Shown: positions 52,573 through 64,000, counted from the stretch's first letter. The stretch is 64,000 nucleotides of DNA from Pelagibacteraceae bacterium AG-430-P08 (GCA_003212925.1 QCOL01000001.1:69145-133144); one strand, 5' to 3'. Notes: generated by a model from the letters alone, not told the origin. Translations and numbers: made by a program.

Positions 52573-53030
52573 ATTATCAAAAAAATTTAGAAAAACTTGG
52601 GTTAAAACTTCCTGATGCTAAAGCGCCAGTTGGAAATTATGTTGCAACTAAAATTATAGGAAAGATGTTATTTGTGTCAGGACAAATTTCAATTAATGAA
52701 AAAGGTGAACTAATAAAAGGAAAAGTTGGTAAAGATTTAGATGTCGACTCTGGATATAATGCAGCAAAAAGATGTGCTTTAAGTATTATTTCTCAAATAA
52801 TGAAGGCATGCGACAATGATCTTACAAAGATTAAATCTTGTATTAAACTAACAGGTTTTGTTAATTCTACTGATAATTTTCAGGATCAACCCAAAGTAAT
52901 AAATGGTGCATCTGATTTAATCGCAACGGTTTTTGGAGATGCAGGAATGCACACAAGAGCAGCTGTAAGTGTTAATAGTCTTCCCTTAGGAGTTGCTGTT
53001 GAAGTTGATGCTATATTTGAGCTTAATTAA
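52569..53030 (+). CDS. RidA/YjgF family protein
   Basis: VSGQ, VINGASDL, HTRAAV, LPLGVAVEV. Confidence 0.9.
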   Translation: MNYQKNLEKLGLKLPDAKAPVGNYVATKIIGKMLFVSGQISINEKGELIKGKVGKDLDVDSGYNAAKRCALSIISQIMKACDNDLTKIKSCIKLTGFVNSTDNFQDQPKVINGASDLIATVFGDAGMHTRAAVSVNSLPLGVAVEVDAIFELN

Positions 53031-53033
53031 AAC

Positions 53034-54335
53034 CTATCTTCCAATACTATAATATTTAAAACCTTGATTTCTAATTTTCAGTGGAGAGTAAATATTCCTC
53101 ATATCGTAAATAATGAATTTTTTACCTTTTACTAAATTCCTAAAATTAATTGACTTAAAATCATTCCATTCTGTATGAATTATTACAAGATCTGAGCCTT
53201 TAACGGAGTCTTTGATATTATCAATGTAAGAAACATTTTTAATCTTCGAAAATTCTTTTTTAAATCCAGTAGGGTCAAAATATTTTATTTTTGCACCTTT
53301 TTTAACCAGAGATGGGATCATTGATAAACTTGATGAGTCTCTCATATCGTCAGTATTAGCCTTAAATGTAACTCCTAAAAAAGTTATTTTCTTATTTCTG
53401 ATCTTATTATTCAAAATTTTGAAAACTCTACCTAGTAAAAGATTAGATCGATTTTGGTTAGATTTAATCACTGACTTTATTACAGATAAATTAGTTTTAA
53501 ATTTATCAGCAGTTGAAGTTATAGCTTTTGTATCTTTTGGAAAGCAAGATCCACCATATGCTGGACCAGCTCTTAAAAAACGACTACCTATCCTTTTATC
53601 TAAACCCATCCCAATTGAAATATCTTCGATATTTATTCCTGTTTTTTCACATAAATTTGCAATTTCATTAATGAACGTAATTTTTGTAGCTAAAAAAGCA
53701 TTGGATGCATATTTGATTAATTCTGCAGCTCTTCTTGAGGTATGAATATATTGAGCTCCTTTAGAAATTAAAGGTGCATACAAGTTATTCATTATGCGGT
53801 TAGACTTTTTATCATTAGATCCAACAACTATTCTATCAGGAAAAATAAAATCCCGGATAGCCTCACCTTCTCTTAAAAATTCTGGATTAGATACTACAGA
53901 GAATTTATTCTTATTGCTCTTTTTTTTTAATAAAATTTTTTCAATTTCATCACCTGTTGTCACAGGTACCGTTGACTTAGTGACTATTATCTTAAATTTA
54001 TTAATTGATAGACTTATCTGTTTTGCTGCTTGAAAAATTTGACTTAGATCTGCACTACTACCACCTTTTTTAGTTGGTGTTCCAACACAAATGAAAATTA
54101 TATCAGATTCTCTTATTGATTTTTTTAAATCAGATGAAAATTTTAATCTTTTATTTTTATAATTTTTATTTACTAGTTCAGTTAGTCCAGGTTCGTAAAT
54201 AGGAATTTTTCCTTTAGAAAGTAGATCTATTTTTTTTAAGTCTTTATCGACACAAACTACATCATTGCCCAAGTCTGCGAAACATACTCCACTAACTAAA
54301 CCTACATAACCAGTACCTATCATACAAAGTTTCAT
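53034..54335 (-). CDS. ugd: UDP-glucose 6-dehydrogenase
   Basis: GTGYVG, SNPEFLREG, GGSCFPKD. Confidence 0.95.
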   Translation of the reverse strand: MKLCMIGTGYVGLVSGVCFADLGNDVVCVDKDLKKIDLLSKGKIPIYEPGLTELVNKNYKNKRLKFSSDLKKSIRESDIIFICVGTPTKKGGSSADLSQIFQAAKQISLSINKFKIIVTKSTVPVTTGDEIEKILLKKKSNKNKFSVVSNPEFLREGEAIRDFIFPDRIVVGSNDKKSNRIMNNLYAPLISKGAQYIHTSRRAAELIKYASNAFLATKITFINEIANLCEKTGINIEDISIGMGLDKRIGSRFLRAGPAYGGSCFPKDTKAITSTADKFKTNLSVIKSVIKSNQNRSNLLLGRVFKILNNKIRNKKITFLGVTFKANTDDMRDSSSLSMIPSLVKKGAKIKYFDPTGFKKEFSKIKNVSYIDNIKDSVKGSDLVIIHTEWNDFKSINFRNLVKGKKFIIYDMRNIYSPLKIRNQGFKYYSIGR

Positions 54336-55147
54336 GATTTTGCTATTTCTAATGTTGATTTAATATAACCATGCATACTTCCACAATCTAAGTATTTCCC
54401 AGTAAAATTATGAGCGATGAATTTTTCATTGTTTTGTATCAATGATTGTATTGCGTCAGTGATATGAATCTCACCTCCTTTACCTGGTTTTTGATTTAAT
54501 AATTTAGAAAATATTTTTTTTGGAAGAATATATCGCCCTATTACAGCTTTATTTGATGGTGCCTTTGAAATTGAAGGTTTTTCAATAACATCATTTATAA
54601 CATAATTATTTTTATTTATTTTTTTTCCTAATTTATAAATTCCCCATCGTGAGACAGTTTTTTTTGGGACATTAATACTTGCCATTACAGATGATTTGTA
54701 GCGATTATGTATTTTAATCATCGACTTCGAACAATTCTTCTTAATTATTAGATCATCTGGTAATAACATCAAAAAAAAATCATCTGTGATAAATTTTTTT
54801 GTTTTTAATACTGCATCACCTGTTCCTAGAGGTTTATTTTGATAAACAAATTTAATCATCTTTTTATATTTCAAAATTTTTTTATATTCTTTGATAATTC
54901 TAGGATCTTTTTTCTTTTTTATCATTTTTTTATAAAAACTATCCTTGTAAAAATAATCTTTTATCATTTGTTTTTTTTTTGAAATTATAAAAACTATTTT
55001 TTTAATACCAGCATCTGCGCATTCATCTAAAATATACTCAATTCCTGGTTTTCCATTAATAGGAAGAAGTTCTTTGGCAAATATACTAGTTAAAGGTAAT
55101 AACCTTGTACCTAGACCAGCTAATGGAATAATTGCTTGTTTAATCAT
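54332..55147 (-). CDS. galU: UTP-glucose-1-phosphate uridylyltransferase
   Basis: AGLGTRLLP, KELLP, Q..PLGTGDA, GEIHITDA. Confidence 0.88.
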   Translation of the reverse strand: MIKQAIIPLAGLGTRLLPLTSIFAKELLPINGKPGIEYILDECADAGIKKIVFIISKKKQMIKDYFYKDSFYKKMIKKKKDPRIIKEYKKILKYKKMIKFVYQNKPLGTGDAVLKTKKFITDDFFLMLLPDDLIIKKNCSKSMIKIHNRYKSSVMASINVPKKTVSRWGIYKLGKKINKNNYVINDVIEKPSISKAPSNKAVIGRYILPKKIFSKLLNQKPGKGGEIHITDAIQSLIQNNEKFIAHNFTGKYLDCGSMHGYIKSTLEIAKS

Positions 55148-55181
55148 TTAAATGTTTTACTTATTAAAATGTTTTATACAA

Positions 55182-55994
55182 ATGAAAATTTTATTAAACA
55201 ATATTGATTTAAATGAGGCATTATTTGGCAATTCAAATATTGGATTTGTGCCAACTATGGGTAGCCTTCATGATGGTCATATCTCATTAATTAAAAAATC
55301 TTTAAAACTATCCAATAAAACTATTGTAAGTATATTCATAAATCCTAAACAATTTAATAACAAAGAAGACTACAAGAAATATCCTAGAAATCTAAAAAAA
55401 GATCTAAAAATTTTAAAAAAACTAAAAGTGGATTTTGTTTATTTACCTAAAATCAAAGATATCTATAGAACTAAAAACAAAATAAAAATTAAACTAAACA
55501 AACAAGATAAAATAATGTGTGCCAAGTATAGAAAGGGTCATTTTGAGGGGGTGATTGAAGTGATGACTCGTTTAACAAAAGTAGTGAATCCATCAAAAAT
55601 ATTCATGGGTGAAAAAGATTTTCAACAATTATCATTAGTAAAGAAATATGTTGAAAAAAATTTCGAATCTAAAATTATTTCTTGTAAAACAATTAGAGAT
55701 AAAAATAAATTAGCTTTATCATCTAGGAATACTCTTTTAAAAAAAGATGATTTAATCAACGCAGGAAAAATATCAAAGAGTCTTATTATTTTTAAAAAAA
55801 AATTATCAAATAAGAAAAATGTTAATAATTTAATTTTTATGAAAAAAAATGAACTCAAAAAAAAATATGGTATTAAGATAGATTATCTCGAATTGCGAAA
55901 TATAAAAGATCTTAAATTAACTAATAAAATTAAAAACGCTAAAATTTTTATTGCTTATTTTATTAACAAGGTAAGGCTAATAGATAACTTTTAA
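55182..55994 (+). CDS. panC: pantoate-beta-alanine ligase
   Basis: FVPTMGSLHDGH, GEKDFQQ, LALSSRN, RLIDN; start may be 55152. Confidence 0.93.
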   Translation: MKILLNNIDLNEALFGNSNIGFVPTMGSLHDGHISLIKKSLKLSNKTIVSIFINPKQFNNKEDYKKYPRNLKKDLKILKKLKVDFVYLPKIKDIYRTKNKIKIKLNKQDKIMCAKYRKGHFEGVIEVMTRLTKVVNPSKIFMGEKDFQQLSLVKKYVEKNFESKIISCKTIRDKNKLALSSRNTLLKKDDLINAGKISKSLIIFKKKLSNKKNVNNLIFMKKNELKKKYGIKIDYLELRNIKDLKLTNKIKNAKIFIAYFINKVRLIDNF

Positions 55995-55997
55995 TGT

Positions 55998-57371
55998 TTA
56001 TAAAAAGTAAGCTCCCACACCTAAAAAAGATACGAAACCGATAACATCAGTTATAGTTGTTACAAAAACACTTGATGCTATTGCAGGATCTATATTCATT
56101 TTTTTTAACGTGACAGGTACCAATATCCCAAACAAACCTGCAACGATCATTGTCAAAATCATTGAAATTGAAATTATTAAAGAGAGTATAATGTCTTGAA
56201 ACCATAACTGAACAATAAAAGAACTTATAATTGCAAAAATAATTCCATTTAAAATCCCAATATTAAATTCTTTAAAAATATTCTGATTAAAATTATTTTT
56301 CGTTAAATCATTAGTGGCAAGAGTTCTAACTGTTACAGCTAATGTTTGCATTCCAGCATTGCCACCCATTGATGCAACTATTGGCATCAAGAAAGCTAGA
56401 ACAACCATTTGTTCAATAGTTGCTCCAAACAAACTAATACAATATGTTGCTAAAAAAGCGGTGAAAAGATTTAATAACAACCAATTAAATCTTCTTTTCG
56501 TTTTCGTTATTACTCCATCTGTAATTTCCTCATCACCTACACCAGCTAATCTTAAAGCATCCTCTTCTGCCTCCTCTTTTAAAACTGTTAAAACATCATC
56601 TGATGTGATCATTCCAACTAATTTATTATTTTTATCAATGACACACGCTGAATTTAAATTATAGTTTTCAAATGAGTTACCAACTTCTTCTCTATCCATG
56701 TCTACAGGAACTAAAAAAATAGAGTCATCCATTATTGATGACATTTTTGTTTCTCTTGGTGTTCTTAAAACCTTGGATGATGGTACAGTACCAATGGGTT
56801 TAAAATTTTCATCTACAATATAAATTTCTAAAAATTGTTCTGGTAAATCTTTATTTTCTCTTAAATAATCAATAGTTTGACCTACAGACCAGTTACTAGG
56901 TATTGCAGTAAATTCTCTCTGCATTATTCTAGCTGCACTATCCTCAGGATAACTAAGACCTTCTAATAAAGCAAAACGATCTTTAGGTGGTAATAAACTT
57001 AAAATAGAATTTTTATTTTTTTCATCTACATTTTCGAGAATAGCTATAGCATCGTCAGACTCCAGGTTTTTCAATATTCTAACTATCGCATCAGAGGAAA
57101 GATATTTTATAATTTCAATTTGAACTGACTCATTTAACTCAATAAAAACTTCAGGATCTATTTTGAAATTATTAAGTTTAATTAAATTTTCTCTATCATT
57201 TTGGCCTAAATGTTCTATGATATCAGCTGCATCAGCAGGGTGCATTTCTTTAAAAGAATTTGTAATAAAAGTTGCATCATTATTTGAAATTTTATCAGTG
57301 ACTACTTTTATGTACTCTTTATTAAATTCAAAATTGACTTTTTTATCTTTGATTTTTTTAATTAAAGTCAT
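55998..57371 (-). CDS. mgtE: magnesium transporter MgtE
   Basis: HPADAAD, CBS pair, MGGNAGMQ, DPAIASS..VTTITD. Confidence 0.95.
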   Translation of the reverse strand: MTLIKKIKDKKVNFEFNKEYIKVVTDKISNNDATFITNSFKEMHPADAADIIEHLGQNDRENLIKLNNFKIDPEVFIELNESVQIEIIKYLSSDAIVRILKNLESDDAIAILENVDEKNKNSILSLLPPKDRFALLEGLSYPEDSAARIMQREFTAIPSNWSVGQTIDYLRENKDLPEQFLEIYIVDENFKPIGTVPSSKVLRTPRETKMSSIMDDSIFLVPVDMDREEVGNSFENYNLNSACVIDKNNKLVGMITSDDVLTVLKEEAEEDALRLAGVGDEEITDGVITKTKRRFNWLLLNLFTAFLATYCISLFGATIEQMVVLAFLMPIVASMGGNAGMQTLAVTVRTLATNDLTKNNFNQNIFKEFNIGILNGIIFAIISSFIVQLWFQDIILSLIISISMILTMIVAGLFGILVPVTLKKMNIDPAIASSVFVTTITDVIGFVSFLGVGAYFL

Positions 57372-57431
57372 AAATTTTCCTATTATTTAGGTCGATCTTT
57401 TAATACATAATCAAGAGATTACAATTTTTAA

Positions 57432-58052
57432 ATGAGTATAGAAATTAAAAAGTCTGAAAAACCCGTCATTTATGAAGATGCTAAAAAATTGATGGAAGAA
57501 AGATTATTAAATGTAGATCTTAATAAATCTAATGAATTAATTTGGACTTTAGAGCATCCAGATGTTTATACAGCAGGAACAAGCTATAATAAGAGTGATA
57601 TTTTAGATAAATCAATTAAGATATTAGAGACAAACAGAGGTGGTAAAATTACCTACCACGGACCGGGTCAATTAATTTGTTATTTTGTAATAGATTTAAA
57701 AAAACGAAAAAAGGATATTAGAAAATTTATTTCAATAATAGAAAAAACAATAATTGAAACTTTAGACTTTTTTAACATCAAAAGTTTTTCAGATAAAGAA
57801 AATATTGGAATCTGGAACAATGAAAATGGTGAAACCAAAAAAGTTGCAGCAATTGGAGTAAGGGTTAGTAAATGGATTGCTTATCATGGTTTTTCGATAA
57901 ATATAAGTAATAATCTAGAAAAATACGATGCAATAATTCCTTGTGGCATTAAAGATAAAGGAGTAACAAATTTGAAACAAATTAAAGATCAAGATTACGG
58001 AGAGTTAGAAAAAAAGTTAGTAGAAATTTTTATTTCAAATTTGAATAGTTAA
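57432..58052 (+). CDS. lipB: lipoyl(octanoyl) transferase
   Basis: [35 protein letters not shown]. Confidence 0.95.
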   Translation: MSIEIKKSEKPVIYEDAKKLMEERLLNVDLNKSNELIWTLEHPDVYTAGTSYNKSDILDKSIKILETNRGGKITYHGPGQLICYFVIDLKKRKKDIRKFISIIEKTIIETLDFFNIKSFSDKENIGIWNNENGETKKVAAIGVRVSKWIAYHGFSINISNNLEKYDAIIPCGIKDKGVTNLKQIKDQDYGELEKKLVEIFISNLNS

Positions 58053-58947
58053 GTCTTTTTGTTTTTAATAATTGTTTAAAATAATCAGGAAGTAAAGCTT
58101 TATAAGTATATTTTCTATCCTTGATCATAAATCTGATCTCATAGGCATGTAGCATTAATTCTTTATTTACACCTACAGTTCTTGTAAAAGATTTATACTT
58201 TTTATCTCCATAAATTGAGTGACCAATATTAAAAAGTTGTTTTCTTAATTGATGTTTTCTTCCAGTAATAGGTTTCATTTCAATAAAACTTGAATTTGAA
58301 TTTTTATCAATGACTTTATAAATTGTTTTTGCTTTTTCGATAATTTTTTTTCCATTATCATAGCGGACTAAATTATCTGTCCATTCGCCAGAGTTTTTTT
58401 CTAATTCACCATGACATATGGCTAGATAAGTTTTGTGAACTTTTCTCAACCTGAACAAAGATGTCAATAATTGAGCTGTTTCTCTATTTTTAGCCATTAA
58501 GAAAACACCAGATGTATCTTTATCTAATCTGTGAACAGAAAAGGGCTTTGTATCTGAAAAAATTTCACTTTTTTTGAATATATCAATTAAGTTTTTTTTT
58601 GATTTAGTTCCTCCTTGAACAGAAATACCAGCACTTTTATTTAACACAATAAAATTTTCGTTATCATCTATTATTAAATCTTCATTTGCTTTAATAATTT
58701 GATTTGAAGGATTAAAACTATTTTTTTTTTGTAAAATTCTCTCTTCAAATTTAAAATCATGCAAATCAATTTTATCATTTGATTGGATCTTATATGAACT
58801 TTTTACTTTTTTTTTATTGACTTTAATTTTTCCTAATCTTAAAGATTTTTCAATAAATCCTTGAGGAATTTTTCCAATTGTGTTTCGTATCCATCTATCG
58901 ACACGCATGTTATTACACGTCGAATCAACGATGTAACTTTTTGCCAT
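58030..58947 (-). CDS. rluC: RluA-family pseudouridine synthase with S4 domain (RluC-like)
   Basis: RVDRW S4 domain, [22 protein letters not shown]. Confidence 0.85.
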   Translation of the reverse strand: MAKSYIVDSTCNNMRVDRWIRNTIGKIPQGFIEKSLRLGKIKVNKKKVKSSYKIQSNDKIDLHDFKFEERILQKKNSFNPSNQIIKANEDLIIDDNENFIVLNKSAGISVQGGTKSKKNLIDIFKKSEIFSDTKPFSVHRLDKDTSGVFLMAKNRETAQLLTSLFRLRKVHKTYLAICHGELEKNSGEWTDNLVRYDNGKKIIEKAKTIYKVIDKNSNSSFIEMKPITGRKHQLRKQLFNIGHSIYGDKKYKSFTRTVGVNKELMLHAYEIRFMIKDRKYTYKALLPDYFKQLLKTKRLNYSNLK

Positions 58948-58958
58948 AAACTAAAATA

Positions 58959-59408
58959 TTATTTTGACTCAGCTGATGCTTTTTTATCTTCTTTTTTCTC
59001 TGGCTCTTTTGAGGTAGATTTCTTTTTTTTATCGACTTTTTTCGCTTCAATATCTCTGTCTACAAACTCAATGATTGCCATCGGTGCATTATCACCATAT
59101 CTAAAACCAGCTTTGATTATTCTTGTGTAACCGCCTGATCTTTTTTCATATCTTTTTGATAGTGTCTTTTTCACTTTGTTTGCAGATTTAATATCTTGTA
59201 ACTGTGAAACTAAAGCTTTTGTGTTATGAAGAGAATCTTTCTTACCTAATGTAATTATTTTATCAGCTTGAGGTTTTAAAAACTTTGCCTTTGGTAACGT
59301 CGTTTTAATTTGCTCATATTTTATTAAAGAATTTAACATGTTTTTTAAGAGTGCCTTTCTATGCTCAGATGTTCTGTTAAGCTTCTTGTTAGCAAACCCA
59401 TGTCTCAT
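58959..59408 (-). CDS. rplQ: 50S ribosomal protein L17
   Basis: [25 protein letters not shown]. Confidence 0.98.
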   Translation of the reverse strand: MRHGFANKKLNRTSEHRKALLKNMLNSLIKYEQIKTTLPKAKFLKPQADKIITLGKKDSLHNTKALVSQLQDIKSANKVKKTLSKRYEKRSGGYTRIIKAGFRYGDNAPMAIIEFVDRDIEAKKVDKKKKSTSKEPEKKEDKKASAESK

Positions 59409-60437
59409 TTATATAGCTTCCTCAAGTTTTTTAGACATTTCAGCTATATTGTCCGGCGGCCAATTAGGTATCTCCATGCCTAAATACAATGACATTCCTG
59501 TCAAAACTTCTTTAATTTCATTAAGTGATTTTCTTCCAAAATTTGGTGTTCTAAGCATTTCACCTTCTGACTTTTGAACAAGGTCACCAATATAAATTAT
59601 GTTATCATTCTTTAAGCAATTCATTGATCGCACAGATAATTCTAATTCATCAACTTTTCTTAGTAAATTTTTATTGAATTCAGGTTCTGTTGATACTTCT
59701 TTAACAGGTGCCTCGACTGGCTCATCAAAATTGATAAACATTTTAAGTTGATCTTGGAAAATTCTGGCAGAATAGGCTACCGCATCCTCTGCTGATATTG
59801 AACCATCTGTTTCAACTTCCATTGTAAGTTTGTCATAGTCTAAAGCTTTACCTTCTCTCGCAGTACTGACAGAGTAAGAAACTTTTTTGACAGGGCTATA
59901 TAAAGAATCTATAGCAATCAAACCCAAAGGTGGTTCCTCTGGTTTATTTAATTCTGCTGGCACATAACCTTTTCCTGTATTAACATTCATTTCCATATGA
60001 AAACTTGTATTTTCATCTAAATTACAAATTACTAAATCTGGATTAAGAATTTCTACGTCAGCTACTGGAGTAATGTCTGATGCTTTTATTTCTCCTGGTC
60101 CTTTTGCATCCAAAATAAGTTTTTTTGTACCTTCGGAAGAGGATTTTAATGCTAATGATTTAACATTCAGGACTATATCTGTAACATCTTCTCTCACACC
60201 TTTGATAGATGTAAATTCATGCAATACACCATCTATTTGTATAGATGTTACGGCAGCCCCTCTTATTGATGATAATAAGATTCTTCTTAATGAATTTCCT
60301 AATGTTAAACCATAACCTTTTTCAAGTGGTTCAGCCACTATCTTAGCTCGAGACAAGTCATCACTCATCTGAACATCTATCTTTGATGGTTTAATTAAGG
60401 ATTTCCAATTTTTAATATTTACATTTTCAGTTTCCAT
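59409..60437 (-). CDS. rpoA: RNA polymerase alpha subunit
   Basis: [33 protein letters not shown]. Confidence 0.99.
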   Translation of the reverse strand: METENVNIKNWKSLIKPSKIDVQMSDDLSRAKIVAEPLEKGYGLTLGNSLRRILLSSIRGAAVTSIQIDGVLHEFTSIKGVREDVTDIVLNVKSLALKSSSEGTKKLILDAKGPGEIKASDITPVADVEILNPDLVICNLDENTSFHMEMNVNTGKGYVPAELNKPEEPPLGLIAIDSLYSPVKKVSYSVSTAREGKALDYDKLTMEVETDGSISAEDAVAYSARIFQDQLKMFINFDEPVEAPVKEVSTEPEFNKNLLRKVDELELSVRSMNCLKNDNIIYIGDLVQKSEGEMLRTPNFGRKSLNEIKEVLTGMSLYLGMEIPNWPPDNIAEMSKKLEEAI

Positions 60438-60886
60438 TAAACTCTCCTTTTTTTTGGCGGTCTGGTACCATTGTGTGGCATTGGTGTTGTATCTTTAATC
60501 GATAAAATTTTAAATCCTCTAGCTTGCAAAGCTCTAAGAGCTGTTTCTCTGCCTGATCCTGGACCCTTTACTTCAACTGACAAAGTTTTCATTCCAAATT
60601 CCAAAGCTTTCGAAGCAGCAGCATCAGCTGCAATTTGAGCAGCATATGGCGTTGATTTTCTAGAGCCCTTAAAACCTTTTTGACCTGAAGAAGCCCAAGA
60701 AATTACGTTTCCATTTGTATCTGCAATAGAAATAATTGTATTGTTAAAAGTTGATTGTACGTAAGCAATACCATTTAAAATATTTTTTTTAGTTTTTTTT
60801 TTCTTTGAATAAGAACTTTTTTTTATTTTTGTTACATTCTTTTCACTTATTTGTTCTTGTTTCTCAACTTTATCAACTTTTGCCAT
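60437..60886 (-). CDS. rpsK: 30S ribosomal protein S11
   Basis: [28 protein letters not shown]. Confidence 0.98.
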   Translation of the reverse strand: MAKVDKVEKQEQISEKNVTKIKKSSYSKKKKTKKNILNGIAYVQSTFNNTIISIADTNGNVISWASSGQKGFKGSRKSTPYAAQIAADAAASKALEFGMKTLSVEVKGPGSGRETALRALQARGFKILSIKDTTPMPHNGTRPPKKRRV

Positions 60887-60888
60887 AA

Positions 60889-61272
60889 CTATTTTTTAAG
60901 TGGAGTTAATTTTTTTCCAGCAATTGCTATTGCTTTACCTTTTCTAGTCCTAGCATTACATCTAGTTCTTTGTCCTCTAACGGGTAATTTCTTTCTATGT
61001 CTGCTTCCTCTGTAACAAGCAAGATCAATTAATCTCTTAATACTTAATGAGTAATCCCTCCTTAAATCTCCTTCAACTTTAAAGTTTTGATCTATATATT
61101 CTCTTATTTTTAAAATTTCATCATCGGTCAATTGATTTACTCTTTTTTCTTTAGGAATATTTAATGATGAACATATTTGAGATGAAAATTTATCTCCAAT
61201 GCCATAAATATATGTTAGACCCACATGAACAAGTTTATTTTGGGGGATATTTATACCTGCAATACGAGCCAT
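60889..61272 (-). CDS. rpsM: 30S ribosomal protein S13
   Basis: [20 protein letters not shown]. Confidence 0.98.
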   Translation of the reverse strand: MARIAGINIPQNKLVHVGLTYIYGIGDKFSSQICSSLNIPKEKRVNQLTDDEILKIREYIDQNFKVEGDLRRDYSLSIKRLIDLACYRGSRHRKKLPVRGQRTRCNARTRKGKAIAIAGKKLTPLKK

Positions 61273-61328
61273 ATATTTTGTGATAATTTTCAGCCTTTTA
61301 TATAAGAAGATCTTTTAAAGTCAACGCC

Positions 61329-61892
61329 TTAAACATTCAGAAAAGTGTCTATTTTGGCGGTTATTTCCTCAATTTTAGAACTGCCATCTATTTCATAAAA
61401 TTTTGAATTTTTAGAATAGAAATCTAGAACTGGCTTTGTAGTTTCCATGTAAGTCTCATATCTTTTAATAATAGTCTCAAGATCGTCATCTGATCTTTTT
61501 TCTATGATTTTTCTCTGCTCTATTCTTTTTATAATAGTTTCTTTACTTACATTTAGGAAAAAAATAAAATCAATTTTTTGATCTGTCTTTATCAATAAAT
61601 GTTCTAAATTTTTTGCTTGAGATAATGATCTTGGGTATCCATCAAAAATTAATCTATCTTTTTTATCTGGATCTAATAGTATATTTTCAATTAATTTGTT
61701 TACAATATTATCATCAACAAATTTTCCATTACTCATATCATCAAGAATTTTTTTACCGATTTCTGAATTTTTCTGAATTTCATCCCTTAGCATATCACCA
61801 GTGGAGACTTGAAAATTTTTTAACTTCTTTACTAAATATTTTGCCTGAGTTCCTTTGCCCGCTCCTGGAGGTCCAATTAATATCAAATTCAC
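61329..61892 (-). CDS. adk: adenylate kinase (short LID type)
   Basis: GPPGAGKGTQ, STGDMLR, DGYPR, RSDD. Confidence 0.96.
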   Translation of the reverse strand: MNLILIGPPGAGKGTQAKYLVKKLKNFQVSTGDMLRDEIQKNSEIGKKILDDMSNGKFVDDNIVNKLIENILLDPDKKDRLIFDGYPRSLSQAKNLEHLLIKTDQKIDFIFFLNVSKETIIKRIEQRKIIEKRSDDDLETIIKRYETYMETTKPVLDFYSKNSKFYEIDGSSKIEEITAKIDTFLNV

Positions 61893-61899
61893 TTTTTAA

Positions 61900-63180
61900 C
61901 TATTTTCCAAATTTAGTTTTTTTAATCAACTGCTCATATTGTGAGCTCATAAGTCTTGTTTGAATTTGAGTAACAGTATCTATAGCTACCACCACAACAA
62001 TTAATATAGAGGTTCCACCTAAATAAAAGGGTATTGGATAATTTGCGATTAAAAATTCTGGCATTAAACAAACTAAAGTTAAATATAAGGCTCCTATTGT
62101 AGTTAATTTTGTTAGAATATTTTCAATATATAGTGCAGTACTCTCACCTGGTCTAATACCTGGTACAAATCCTCCATATTTTCTTAAATTATCAGCTGTC
62201 TCAGTCGGATTAAATGTAATTGAAGTATAAAAAAAAGTAAAAAATATTATTCCAGATGCGTAAAGCAGCATATAGAGTGGTTGTCCTTGAGTAAAATAAG
62301 AACTTAGATTCAAGAAAGTTTCACTTTCAGATACGTTAAAATTTGAAAACGTTACTGGTAACAAAAGTAATGCCGAGGCAAAAATGGCTGGTATAACACC
62401 TGCTTGATTAATCTTCAAAGGTAAATGTGATGACTCACCTCCATACATTTTGTTTCCCATTTGCCTTTTTGGATAATTTATCAAGATTTTTCTCAACGCT
62501 CTTTCCATAAAGACAATAAATAAGATAGTTAAAATTAATAAAACAAAAATAGCGATAATCATTAAGGTTGATATTGCACCAGTTCGTCCCAATTCGAATG
62601 TTGTAACTAAAGCTCTTGGAATTTCAGCAACAATTCCTGCAAAAATAATTAAAGATATTCCATTTCCAATTCCTCTTTGTGTTATTTGTTCTCCTAGCCA
62701 CATTAAAAAAATTGTTCCAGCTACAATTGTTGTGACTGTTGATATCTTAAAGAATATTCCAGGATTAATTACTAGATTGGCTGATGACTCTAATCCAACT
62801 GACAATCCGTAACCTTGAACAGTAGCTAATAAGACAGTTCCATATCGAGTTATTTGAGTAATTTTAGCTCGACCTGTTTCACCTTGAGCTTTTAAATTTT
62901 TAAAATAGTCAGAGACACCTGTTAATAATTGAACGATAATTGATGAAGATATGTAGGGCATGATTCCAAGTGCAAAGATTGCCATTCTACTCACTGCACC
63001 ACCAGCAAAAACATTAAACATCCCTAATAATCCTTTTTGATTTCCCTCCATCAAAATTTTCAATTGCTCTGGGTCAATTCCAGGTAATGGAACAAAGGTT
63101 CCAAATCTATACACCGCTAAAATCAAAATAGTAAATATAATTCTGTTTCTTAAATCGCTACTTGATGATGATGAGCTCAT
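61900..63180 (-). CDS. secY: preprotein translocase SecY
   Basis: LGIMPYISSSII, GIGNGISL, PGIRPG, GGTSILIVV. Confidence 0.98.
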   Translation of the reverse strand: MSSSSSSSDLRNRIIFTILILAVYRFGTFVPLPGIDPEQLKILMEGNQKGLLGMFNVFAGGAVSRMAIFALGIMPYISSSIIVQLLTGVSDYFKNLKAQGETGRAKITQITRYGTVLLATVQGYGLSVGLESSANLVINPGIFFKISTVTTIVAGTIFLMWLGEQITQRGIGNGISLIIFAGIVAEIPRALVTTFELGRTGAISTLMIIAIFVLLILTILFIVFMERALRKILINYPKRQMGNKMYGGESSHLPLKINQAGVIPAIFASALLLLPVTFSNFNVSESETFLNLSSYFTQGQPLYMLLYASGIIFFTFFYTSITFNPTETADNLRKYGGFVPGIRPGESTALYIENILTKLTTIGALYLTLVCLMPEFLIANYPIPFYLGGTSILIVVVVAIDTVTQIQTRLMSSQYEQLIKKTKFGK

Positions 63181-63192
63181 TTAATTATGGTA

Positions 63193-63645
63193 CTATTTTT
63201 TAAGTTGTATTGATCCACCAATTTTTTCAAGTTTCTCAAGTGCAGATTTTGATGCAAGATCTGCTTCTATATTTATTTTATCTTTAATTTCACCAGTACC
63301 TAAAATTTTAAGTTTTTTTGTATTCTTATTTATTAACTTAAGTTTTTTTAGAGAAGATGAATTCAAAACTTCGCTAGTACTTATTCTTTTTTTATTTATA
63401 TAAGATTGAATCTTATCTAAATTTAAAATTGCAACTTTTTGTGTATCAATTGGATTAAATCCTCTTTTTGGTAATCTTCTATATAATGGCATTTGACCAC
63501 CCTCAAAACTTTTAATAGCAACTCCAGATCTTGATTTTTGACCCTTAACGCCTCTACCAGAAGTTTTACCTTTACCAGAGCCTATTCCTCGACCAACTCT
63601 AATTTTAGATTTGTTTAATTTTGGTCTGTTATTTAACTTAATCAT
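63193..63645 (-). CDS. rplO: 50S ribosomal protein L15
   Basis: GRGIGSGKGKT, FEGGQMPLYRRLPKRGF. Confidence 0.98.
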   Translation of the reverse strand: MIKLNNRPKLNKSKIRVGRGIGSGKGKTSGRGVKGQKSRSGVAIKSFEGGQMPLYRRLPKRGFNPIDTQKVAILNLDKIQSYINKKRISTSEVLNSSSLKKLKLINKNTKKLKILGTGEIKDKINIEADLASKSALEKLEKIGGSIQLKK

Positions 63646-64000
63646 TATCCTCTTTTTTCAACTATTTCAGAAATCTTTTTATTTCTAATCGATGATATTT
63701 GTTTGGGTGAGTTTTGTTTCATTAAAGCTTTGATAGTTGCTCTTATAACATTATGAGCATTTGATGTTCCCATAGATTTTGCGACTATGTCTTTAACTCC
63801 TAAAACTTCACAAACAGCTCTTACCGGACCACCAGCAATAATACCTGTACCTTTCGAAGCAGACCTTAAAACTATTCTACCAGATCCATCCTTAGCTTTT
63901 ACATCGTGGTGAATAGTTCTACCTTCCCTCAATGGTATATGAATCAGTTTTCTTCTTGCAATTTCGTTTGCTTTTTTAATAGCATCTGGGACTTGTTTAG
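63645..64000 (-). CDS. rpsE: 30S ribosomal protein S5 (C-terminal part; runs off window end)
   Basis: GTGIIAGGPVRAV, AKSMGTSN; frame continues upstream (VPDAIKKA) to the window edge. Confidence 0.95.
   Translation of the reverse strand, partial: KQVPDAIKKANEIARRKLIHIPLREGRTIHHDVKAKDGSGRIVLRSASKGTGIIAGGPVRAVCEVLGVKDIVAKSMGTSNAHNVIRATIKALMKQNSPKQISSIRNKKISEIVEKRG

Noticed and set aside
60797-60886. Lys-rich N-terminal extension of S11 as a novelty
   Set aside because: S11 N-termini vary in length and are commonly basic; nothing else supports a special function.
6185-61963. Many 60-116 aa ORFs overlapping long genes (e.g. 6185, 9877, 26175, 30244, 43502, 52242, 53419, 56314, 61613)
   Set aside because: Antisense or off-frame shadows of well-supported genes with no recognisable motifs.

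Overview
This is an AT-rich, densely packed alphaproteobacterial window whose gene content and order fit Pelagibacterales (SAR11). Bases 1-15 kb are accessory. They hold a glucosylglycerate synthesis/turnover cluster, two paralogous beta-propeller autotransporter-like proteins, and an MmeI-like (Type IIL) restriction-modification gene in an integrase-less cassette at tRNA-Leu(TAA). That cassette is bounded by a 121-bp duplication of the promoter plus 5' tRNA half, a nested perfect 33-bp repeat and arm-like sites. nadK follows, then a small island with a pilin-leader remnant, a PhyH dioxygenase, two methyltransferases and a small secreted protein, ending at tRNA-Thr. Bases 15-30 kb are the core tRNA-tuf-secE-nusG-rplKAJL-rpoBC-rpsLG-fusA cluster, but rplL lacks its C-terminal third and fusA is broken at about 29,975, joined head-on to the first 20 codons of smpB. 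From there to the end, a core block (dapA, slt, soxBDAG, gatCAB, pyrB/pyrC', topA, ugd/galU, mgtE, lipB, alpha/spc ribosomal genes) lies opposite in orientation to the str operon. This indicates a large inversion, most likely an amplification or assembly chimera. Six intact tRNAs were found. No rRNA, CRISPR array, integrase or transposase was seen.
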